This document shows positions 1 through 6,277 of a stretch of DNA of 40,069 nucleotides, in pieces. Below the pieces are notes generated by a model, which made no database searches, was not told the origin of the DNA, and saw nothing but the letters and a program-made list of their open reading frames with translations. Position 1 is the stretch's first letter. Each line of letters begins with the position of its first letter. The DNA is from a virus, in IMG/VR virus record IMGVR_UViG_3300001682_000095, positions 1 to 40,069 of that record. One strand, 5' to 3'. The position numbers and the translations under genes were made by a program.

Positions 1-88
1 GATCCGGATCAAGCACAACACCTGCAACATATACGGTAAAAAAAGGCGACAATCTTACAAAGATTGCAAAGAAATTTAATACAACCGT
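1..88. repeat. Terminal overlap, copy 1 (identical to 39982-40069); signature of a circular or terminally redundant assembly
   Basis: Base-by-base reading shows both window ends are identical over 88 bp. Confidence 0.9.
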
Positions 89-164
89 TGATAAACTCGT
101 TAAGTTGAATGGAATTAAAAATAAAAATATCATCAATGTAGGGCAGATCTTAAAGATCAGATAA
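1..164 (+). CDS. Endolysin, C-terminal end (LysM domain); continuation of the CDS that runs off the window at 40069
   Basis: Open from base 3 to TAA 162-164. Translates [53 protein letters not shown], a LysM pattern. Bases 1-88 duplicate 39982-40069 and the reading frame is continuous. Confidence 0.85.
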   Translation, partial: SGSSTTPATYTVKKGDNLTKIAKKFNTTVDKLVKLNGIKNKNIINVGQILKIR

Positions 165-174
165 GGAGGCACGC

Positions 175-447
175 ATGGCAGAAACAAACAAGGGCGCAGA
201 AACGCCACAGAACGCCGAAAAAGAGGTTAAGGGGTACAAAATTACCTCCGGCAATTTCAAAAGCAAAATTGAGGCAGCAGGGAAAGTCAGAGAGGCAAAC
301 AAAAAGGGCTTTACACCTGCGTTAATCATCGAAAAGGGCGAATATAAATTGCTTTATACCGAGGAAACCACAAGGGCAGCAGCCGACAGAGTTTTAAAGG
401 CAGTAAAGGCAGCGGGATTAACAGCGGAAATTTACGCAAATAAGTAG
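175..447 (+). CDS. Small SPOR-like (septal peptidoglycan-binding repeat) protein
   Basis: AGGAGG RBS 165-170, ATG 175. Two beta-alpha-beta-like halves (GYKITSGNFKSKIEAAGKVREANKKGF..ALII and YKLLYTEETTRAAADRVLKAVKAAGLTAEIY) match the SPOR pattern. Confidence 0.5.
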   Translation: MAETNKGAETPQNAEKEVKGYKITSGNFKSKIEAAGKVREANKKGFTPALIIEKGEYKLLYTEETTRAAADRVLKAVKAAGLTAEIYANK

Positions 448-463
448 ATACAAATAAAATGTT

Positions 464-496
464 GGGGTGTGGCGAAAGCTGCACCCCTTTATTTTT
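464..496 (+). terminator. Rho-independent terminator after the lysis/SPOR genes
   Basis: GGGGTGTGGC-GAAA-GCTGCACCCC stem-loop followed by TTTATTTTT. Confidence 0.8.
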
Positions 497-515
497 GTGC
501 GCGAAAATATTTTAA

Positions 516-562
516 AATATTGCGTAATATGTATTGACATATTGCGCAATATGTAATATAAT
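516..562 (+). promoter_or_regulatory. Early promoter/operator cassette, copy 1
   Basis: TTGACA 534-539, 17-nt spacer, TATAAT 557-562. Near-palindrome ATATTGCGTAATAT at 517-530 and perfect 16-bp palindrome CATATTGCGCAATATG at 538-553 inside the spacer. Confidence 0.85.
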
Positions 563-612
563 TAAATCATCGAAAGGGAAACAATAAACGAAAGGTTAAA
601 ACGGTGGTTAAT

Positions 613-945
613 ATGAGAACATACGAAGAATTAGTAAAAGAGGCAATCAAGGCAGCGCACGAAAAGGCAGAGGCAGAAAAGAAAGCAGCAGAGCAGGCGG
701 CAGCTAACCAAATGGCAAAATTTGAAGTTGGCGCAACATACGCAACAAGATCCATTTGCAACAGCGAATGTATTTTTAAAATAACAGTTGTAAAGCGCAC
801 AGAAAAAACCGTAACCATTGACAAAGGAAACGGAAAAACACAGCGTTGCAAAATTCATAATGAGGCACGCGGCGCAGAATACATTTTTCCTTATGGCGTT
901 TATAGTATGTGTCCGGTAATTGATGCAACCGAGAAAATAGCATAA
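613..945 (+). CDS. Early hypothetical protein (N-terminus paralogous to 1297-1584)
   Basis: ATG 613 preceded by GGTGG (a GTG at 604 is possible). Starts MRTYEELVKEAIKAA. Sits directly downstream of promoter copy 1. Confidence 0.65.
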   Translation: MRTYEELVKEAIKAAHEKAEAEKKAAEQAAANQMAKFEVGATYATRSICNSECIFKITVVKRTEKTVTIDKGNGKTQRCKIHNEARGAEYIFPYGVYSMCPVIDATEKIA

Positions 946-952
946 ATTTTAT

Positions 953-999
953 AATATTGCGTAATATGTATTGACATATTGCGCAATATGTAATATAAT
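953..999 (+). promoter_or_regulatory. Early promoter/operator cassette, copy 2
   Basis: The 38-nt core AATATTGCGTAATATGTATTGACATATTGCGCAATATG is identical to copy 1. TTGACA 971-976, 17-nt spacer, TATAAT 994-999. Confidence 0.85.
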
Positions 1000-1031
1000 G
1001 AATATATCAAAGGAAAGCGAGGTTAAACCAC

Positions 1032-1286
1032 ATGAAGGAATTATTAGAGAGATTAAAAGCGGCAGAGGAAAGAGCAAACAAAGCGGATCAAGCATGGGAG
1101 CAGGAACCGGAAAGCGCAGAAAAAGAAAACGAGTTTAACGAGGCGTACAAGGAAGAATACAAAGCATTTGAGGCATTAGCGGCAGGCATCGTAAAAGCAA
1201 CCGCCGGAAAGATTGACAGAAAGACCGCCGGAAACATGATCCGCATGAAAAGAAACGAATTAGAGGCATTGTTAGTAATGATGTAG
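1032..1286 (+). CDS. Early hypothetical acidic helical protein
   Basis: 84-aa ORF downstream of promoter copy 2, with GCGAGG upstream of the ATG. Confidence 0.6.
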   Translation: MKELLERLKAAEERANKADQAWEQEPESAEKENEFNEAYKEEYKAFEALAAGIVKATAGKIDRKTAGNMIRMKRNELEALLVMM

Positions 1287-1296
1287 GAGGCGCAAA

Positions 1297-1584
1297 ATGA
1301 GAGAATACAGCGAATTAGTAAAAGAGGCAATAGAGAAAGCAAAACAGCAGGCAGCAGAGAAAAGGCAGAAAGCGACCGTTTCGGAAATATACGAAGGTAA
1401 GTTAATAGAAACAGAATACATAAAGCGTAACGGCGCAATTTGGCAGCAAATAAGAGTTGACGGAAAAGTAACGAGTGAAAACAGAGTATATAAAGTTGAT
1501 ACAGAAAGACCGTATACAAGAGGTTTCGGCAAGTATTGGTATTTAGATAATGAGGCAAAAGAGGCTATGAAAGCCGCGATATAA
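1297..1584 (+). CDS. Early hypothetical protein (N-terminus paralogous to 613-945)
   Basis: TAGGAGG RBS 1284-1290, ATG 1297. MREYSELVKEAIEKAK shares a 20-nt identical stretch (1312-1331) with 628-647. Confidence 0.7.
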   Translation: MREYSELVKEAIEKAKQQAAEKRQKATVSEIYEGKLIETEYIKRNGAIWQQIRVDGKVTSENRVYKVDTERPYTRGFGKYWYLDNEAKEAMKAAI

Positions 1585-1592
1585 ATTTTAAA

Positions 1593-1639
1593 AATATTGC
1601 GTAATATGTATTGACATATTGCGCAATATGCGCTATAAT
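1593..1639 (+). promoter_or_regulatory. Early promoter/operator cassette, copy 3
   Basis: Same 38-nt core. TTGACA 1611-1616, 17-nt spacer, TATAAT 1634-1639. Confidence 0.85.
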
Positions 1640-1692
1640 AATATTGTAATCAAGTAAGGGGCAACACAAAAGAAAGGATAAGACAAAGCCCC

Positions 1693-1824
1693 ATGATAGA
1701 TTTAATAGTAGTTTTGGTAGAAATAGCGATAGTGACTAAGATAGTTTCAGACATAATAAAAGACATAAAAAAGAGGGTTGACAGCGACCAAACCGACAAC
1801 CCCGACAAAAAGGAACTAAAGTAA
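1693..1824 (+). CDS. Possible 43-aa peptide with a hydrophobic N-terminus
   Basis: ATG 1693 to TAA 1822-1824: MIDLIVVLVEIAIVTKIVSDIIKDIKKRVDSDQTDNPDKKELK. It is below the ORF-track cutoff, has a weak RBS, and is the first ORF after promoter copy 3. Confidence 0.3.
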   Translation: MIDLIVVLVEIAIVTKIVSDIIKDIKKRVDSDQTDNPDKKELK

Positions 1825-1900
1825 CCGATTAACCAAAGCCCCTTATTTGATTACATTATATATCATGGGAATTAAAAAATCAAGATAGGAGGATCGGAAT

Positions 1901-2083
1901 ATGAGAACATCGCCGCAGGAGTTTAACCAAATCGCATACCAAAATGACTATATCAAGGAAAAGTACGATCGTATAAATTTGACGGTGCCAAAGGGCAGAA
2001 AGGAGGAAATAAAGAAAAAAGCTGCATTAGCAGGAATGAGCGTAAACGAATATATTAACAGTTTAATTGATAAAGATATGTAA
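1901..2083 (+). CDS. Ribbon-helix-helix (Arc/CopG-like) DNA-binding protein
   Basis: AGGAGG RBS, ATG 1901. INLTVPKGRKEEIKKKAALAGMSVNEYINSLI fits a beta-strand plus two helices, as in RHH proteins. Confidence 0.55.
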   Translation: MRTSPQEFNQIAYQNDYIKEKYDRINLTVPKGRKEEIKKKAALAGMSVNEYINSLIDKDM

Positions 2084-2086
2084 AAT

Positions 2087-3245
2087 AAAATGGTTTGGCG
2101 CGTGTAAAGGGCGGCAGGTAGAATATACCCGCCGCCCTTCAGCATTTCAAAAGAGAGGTAAAGGCACATGAGGACATTTAAACATTTTTCATTCAATGAT
2201 AGATTGAGATTAGAGGTTTTATTAAAAGCCGGACACAAACCGGACGAAATAGCCGAAATTTTGCATTTTCATATAAGTACAATATATAGAGAGATAAAAC
2301 GCGGGCAATATGAGGCGTTAAATTCTGATTTAACCACAGAAACGAGATACAGCCCCGATATTGCGCAGGAATATATGAACGGCGTTTTAGCTGCAAAGGG
2401 CGCAGATTTAAAAATAGGCAAAGAAAGAGAATTTGCAGACCGGATAGAGGAAATAATAATAAATGAGGGGTACAGCCCTGCGGCTGCATTGGCAAAGGTA
2501 AAAACAGAGGGTATAGATTTTACGGTATGCGTAACAACCCTATATAGTTACATAGATAAAGGCGTATTTTTAAATTTGACATTGAAAGACCTGCCGGAGA
2601 AACGCAAGGGAGAAAAGCGAACCAAAAGGACAACAACACAAAAAAGAGCATCTAAAGGGGAGAGTATAGAAAACAGACCGCCGGAAATAGAAACGCGGGA
2701 GGAGTTCGGACATTGGGAAATGGATAGCGTAGTAGGTGCGCGCGGCGTTTCTAAAAAGTCTTTATTAGTATTAACAGAGAGGAAAACCCGAAAAGAAATT
2801 ATATTTTTACTAAAAGAACATACAGCGGCAGCAGTTGTAAAGGCATTAGACCGTTTAGAGCGCAAATTAGGCGCAAAATTTCGGGATATATTCAAATCTA
2901 TTACAGTAGATAACGGATCGGAGTTTTCAGATTGGGAAGGCATGGAGCGATCCAAGAGAGCCAAAAAGAAAAGAACCAAAATATATTATTGCCACCCTTA
3001 TAGTAGTTGGGAGCGCGGCAGCAATGAGAACCAAAATAAATTAGTGCGCCGCCACATTCCAAAAGGTGTTAATTTCGATGATAAAACACAAGGCAATATA
3101 GACGATATAACCGAATGGATCAATAATTACCCGCGCCGCATTTTTGAATATAGAACGGCAGAGGAATTATTTAATGAGGAATTAGAGAAAATCGCAGCCT
3201 AAAAAATGAGCATGGCGATATAGTGGTATAAGTGCGCCCATTTTT
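2087..3245 (+). mobile_element. IS30-family insertion sequence (boundaries tentative)
   Basis: Contains the IS30-type transposase gene. AAAATGG..GGCGCG at 2087-2105 weakly matches the reverse complement of 3226-3245. I could not identify direct repeats. Confidence 0.4.
2168..3202 (+). CDS. IS30-family DDE transposase
   Basis: N-terminal HTH (HISTIYREIKRGQY), GHWEMDSV, TVDNGSEF and HPYSSWERGSNENQNKLVRR motifs are typical of IS30 transposases. 344 aa. Confidence 0.85.
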   Translation: MRTFKHFSFNDRLRLEVLLKAGHKPDEIAEILHFHISTIYREIKRGQYEALNSDLTTETRYSPDIAQEYMNGVLAAKGADLKIGKEREFADRIEEIIINEGYSPAAALAKVKTEGIDFTVCVTTLYSYIDKGVFLNLTLKDLPEKRKGEKRTKRTTTQKRASKGESIENRPPEIETREEFGHWEMDSVVGARGVSKKSLLVLTERKTRKEIIFLLKEHTAAAVVKALDRLERKLGAKFRDIFKSITVDNGSEFSDWEGMERSKRAKKKRTKIYYCHPYSSWERGSNENQNKLVRRHIPKGVNFDDKTQGNIDDITEWINNYPRRIFEYRTAEELFNEELEKIAA

Positions 3246-3392
3246 AGGCATCGGCAGCAGGCGATCCGGATCCGGATCTGCATCAACCCAACACCAAAAA
3301 TAAAGAATTATAAAAAGTGCATAAAATAATATATATCTATTTGTGCATATTGCCAAAAGTGAAAAAGTGCGAAAAAATATTCGCATTGAATG

Positions 3393-3421
3393 TTGACATT
3401 TTTAATGCAAGGTTTTATAAT
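3393..3421 (+). promoter_or_regulatory. Perfect consensus sigma-70-type promoter flanked by CGCATTGAA repeats
   Basis: TTGACA 3393-3398, 17-nt spacer, TATAAT 3416-3421. 9-mer CGCATTGAA at 3382-3390 and 3452-3460, and its inverse TTCAATGCG at 3421-3429. Confidence 0.75.
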
Positions 3422-3485
3422 TCAATGCGAAAGAGTTAATTAAAACTCTAACGCATTGAATTTTTTTATTTACGAAAAAGCTAGT

Positions 3486-3530
3486 AAAAATGCGGTTAGA
3501 GCGTAAAAACTCTACCGCATTTTTTATTTT
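3486..3530 (+). terminator. Terminator-like hairpin in the leader upstream of the HTH gene
   Basis: AAAAATGCGGTTAGAG-loop-CTCTACCGCATTTTT followed by TATTTT. A related hairpin with a T7 run lies at 3421-3467. Confidence 0.65.
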
Positions 3531-3559
3531 GCCACAAACAGAGAAGGGAGGCGTTTGGA

Positions 3560-3757
3560 GTGAGAAAACAGTACAAAAAATTAACCTATGCAGACCGGCA
3601 GACAATAGAACACATGAGCGCAGAAGGGAAACCACCTAAAGCGATTGCAACAGCTACCGGCGTACACATCGCAACAATATATAGAGAATTGCAGAGGGGA
3701 GCCGATGCAGAGGGAACATATAAAGCAGAATTAGCGCAGCAGGCATTATTTTGTTAG
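3560..3757 (+). CDS. Stand-alone IS30-type helix-turn-helix protein (transposase N-terminal domain only)
   Basis: GGGAGG RBS, GTG 3560. LTYADRQTIEHMSAEGKPPKAIATATGVHIATIYRELQRG parallels residues about 8-47 of the transposase at 2168. Confidence 0.65.
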   Translation: MRKQYKKLTYADRQTIEHMSAEGKPPKAIATATGVHIATIYRELQRGADAEGTYKAELAQQALFC

Positions 3758-3778
3758 GCGGCACCACAACCGCCGCTT

Positions 3779-3850
3779 GTGCCTTTAGTCTAGTGGATAG
3801 AACACCACCCTCCGAAGGTGGCGGCGCGGGTTCAATTCCCGCAAGGCACA
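3779..3850 (+). tRNA. tRNA-Arg (anticodon CCG)
   Basis: Hand-folded cloverleaf. Acceptor GTGCCTT/AAGGCAC, anticodon stem CCACC/GGTGG with loop CTCCGAA, T arm GCGGG-TTCAATT-CCCGC, discriminator A. No encoded CCA. One mismatch in the D stem. Confidence 0.85.
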
Positions 3851-4301
3851 CTTGTAGCAAGGGCGGCAACCTTGCGGCAGAGGCAGCAGGCTAAAAGCTG
3901 TTATCTGTATACTGTGAAAAAATAGCAGCGGGCGCACCTGCTAGAAAGTGCGTAGACGGTCAACAAGTTTTCAGATGCTTTTTAATGTGAAAAGCACCCC
4001 ACACAGTAAATATAAAAGCCAAAAGGTATTATATGGGAAAAGCAAGAGAACCACCAAAGGAGGAATTGTGAAAGATATATTTTTAGAAAAAAGAATAGAA
4101 AAATAGCCGTTACGTTGGCAGCGTACCGGCTAAAGATTTAATGCAAATGCAATAACTCAATCTGTATAAATTATACCACTTATTGCGTTTGCCGTCAAGC
4201 CAAGAAACGGCGAAGGTAAGCCGTTTTTGGACTTGTTCAAACTATTAACTTTAGGATCCCTAGAGTACAGAAATACAGAAACGCAAAGGGGTGTAATTTA
4301 T

Positions 4302-5039
4302 ATGCCGTATTTTAAAACAACAGTAGAGGCAGGGGCGACAATAGAGGTTTATAAAAGCTACACAAAAAGAGTAGGGGTTAAGGTTAAGGGCAGTAAAGAA
4401 AAACCAACACCCGAAGAAATGGAAAAAGTAAACCAAATGAACGCAGAGCGCACCCTGCGGCTAAAGATAAATGCAAATTTTGGAGTTGATGATCCATTTA
4501 TAACATTGACATACAGAAAGAACGAACGCCCAACACCGGAGGAGGCAAAGAAAAATATAAAAAAATTATTGGATAGCCTGCGAAAAAAATATAAGGATAT
4601 GGGCGCGGATCTTAAATACATCAATGTTACAGAATATCAAAACAAAGCAATACACCACCATATTTTAATAAACCACATAGCAGGCGCAGATGTTTCTAAA
4701 TGGGTGCGCGATTTGTGGAAGTTTGGCAGACCGGATTTTAAATATTTGGACGATACCGGACAATATAAAGATTTGGCGGCGTATCTGATAAAAGAAACAT
4801 CGAAAACCTATAAAGAGAATGACGGAGGACACAAGCAGCGTTACAGTTGCAGCCGCAATTTAATTATGCCAACGCCAAAAACAGAGATTATAAAAAAGGC
4901 GAAAAAGTGGGCGGCAGATCCAAAACCGATAAAGGGGTATTACATCGATCAAGACACCGTATACAACGGCATAGATCCTTTTACCGGCAGAGAATACCAA
5001 AGATACACCATGATCCGAATATCCGGCGGCAGTGGGTAG
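4302..5039 (+). CDS. Rolling-circle replication initiator (HUH endonuclease superfamily)
   Basis: All three RCR motifs are present in order: FITLTY (motif I), IHHHILI (HUH, motif II), AAYLIKETSK (YxxK, motif III). ATG 4302 follows AAAGGGG. The TTG at 4227 in the ORF track is less likely. Confidence 0.7.
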   Translation: MPYFKTTVEAGATIEVYKSYTKRVGVKVKGSKEKPTPEEMEKVNQMNAERTLRLKINANFGVDDPFITLTYRKNERPTPEEAKKNIKKLLDSLRKKYKDMGADLKYINVTEYQNKAIHHHILINHIAGADVSKWVRDLWKFGRPDFKYLDDTGQYKDLAAYLIKETSKTYKENDGGHKQRYSCSRNLIMPTPKTEIIKKAKKWAADPKPIKGYYIDQDTVYNGIDPFTGREYQRYTMIRISGGSG

Positions 5040-5119
5040 ATTGTGGATAATTTAAAGCAAAAAGCCGGTGCCGACTAATAATTACTAGACGGCAGGGCGG
5101 TTGAAAAGAAGGTGGATAA

Positions 5120-5548
5120 GTGGAAGTAAGTATTTATATTAAGTGCCGTTTTAGAGGCAATCCAAGAGGCGCAGGGGAGGCAGCGGCGGTTATAGAGTAC
5201 ATAGACAAAGGTAGCAACACACATAACCGGCAGCAGCGGATCGAGATTGAAAAGGACACAAAGAACGCTTTATATTTAAAAATTTGCAATGCAGCGATGC
5301 GACTATTATTAAAGCCTTGCAACATCACAATTTTTATAGATTGCGATTACATGGCGAACGCCTGCCGGTTGGGATGGGTGCAAAAATGGCAGCAGGACGG
5401 TTGGAAGAAAGCAAACGGAAAGCCCCCGGCAAATGTTGAGGATTGGAAAGGCTTTTATATACTCACACAGATCCACACCGTAACATTTGAACCATACAAC
5501 GAGAAGTACAACGAGGAATTAGAGGAAATTTTAGGAGGCACAACATGA
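5120..5548 (+). CDS. RNase HI-like protein with substituted catalytic residues
   Basis: GTG start after AAGGTGG. VSIYIKCRFRGNPRGAGEAAAV and IFIDCDYMAN...WVQKWQQDGWKKANGKPPANVEDW align by eye with E. coli RNase HI (IFTDGSCLGNPGPGG; STDSQYV...[20 protein letters not shown]). The first Asp and the Glu positions appear replaced. Confidence 0.5.
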   Translation: MEVSIYIKCRFRGNPRGAGEAAAVIEYIDKGSNTHNRQQRIEIEKDTKNALYLKICNAAMRLLLKPCNITIFIDCDYMANACRLGWVQKWQQDGWKKANGKPPANVEDWKGFYILTQIHTVTFEPYNEKYNEELEEILGGTT

Positions 5549-6277
5549 AATACATGGGTTCCAAAGCGAAAATAGCAAAATTCATAGTGCCGATCATTCA
5601 ACAAAAAATTGATGAAAGCGGCAAAAGAATTTACATAGAACCATTTGCGGGCGGCTGCAATGTGATAGACAAGGTAGAGGCAGATCGGCGCATTGCATCA
5701 GACAAAAACCGGTATTTAATGGCGTTATTTCAGCACCTGCAGGACGGCGGCGAATTGCCGGAACACATAACGCGGGAAGAATACAACAAAGTTAGGGCAA
5801 ATATAAATCAATTTCCGGCGTGGTATGTTGGCGCGGTTGGTTTTCTTGCATCGTATAACGGCAGATTTTTTGACGGCGGCTATGCCGGTTTCGGAAAAGA
5901 TAAAGGCAGGGTTAGGGATTATTACAGAGAAAGCAAAAATAATATTCTTAATCAGATGCAGCAGGGGGGGGATTGCCGGTATAGAGTTTCAAACGCGGGA
6001 TTACAAAGAATTTAGCCCGCAGGGGTGCGTGATATATTGCGATCCACCGTATGAGGGTACAAAACAGTACGGCAACGCAAAAGATTTTGATTATACGGAA
6101 TTTTGGGAAACAATGCGCAAATGGAGTAAACACAACAATATAGTTTTGATTTCGGAGTTACAAGCACCGGCAGACTTTATAACAGTTTGGGAAAAGGAGG
6201 TAGATCGCAGCATGAAAGCAAAAGAGCATTTCAGAGCGACAGAAAAATTATTTATGTGGGGGGGTAGCGATAAATGA
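5545..6277 (+). pseudogene. dam: Dam-type N6-adenine DNA methyltransferase interrupted by a frameshift in a G8 tract (5964-5971)
   Basis: ORF 5545-6015 carries MGSKAKI and EPFAGGCNV (SAM-binding motif). ORF 5825-6277 carries IYCDPPY (motif IV) but has no credible start of its own. A G7 tract would read ...NQMQQGGIAGIEFQTRDYKEF... in one frame. Confidence 0.85.

Noticed and set aside
516-1639. Triple 38-47 bp repeat as a CRISPR array or replication iterons
   Set aside because: The repeats are 390-600 bp apart and separated by genes, not by 30-40 bp spacers. Each contains a perfect -35/-10 pair, so promoter/operator is the simpler reading.
2107-2140. Hairpin AAGGGCGGC-(15 nt)-GCCGCCCTT considered as an IS30 end or a terminator
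   Set aside because: It has no partner at the other side of the transposase gene, so it is not an inverted-repeat end. It lacks a U-tract, so at best it is a weak terminator for the RHH gene. I left it unannotated.
3654-3869. 71-aa minus-strand ORF
   Set aside because: It is the antisense translation of the tRNA-Arg gene and of the HTH gene end (the typical AGIEPAPP pattern).
5825-6277. Treating ORF 5825-6277 as an independent gene
   Set aside because: Its first roughly 45 codons overlap the upstream Dam ORF out of frame and it has no RBS. The two ORFs carry complementary halves of one methyltransferase, joined at the G8 tract.
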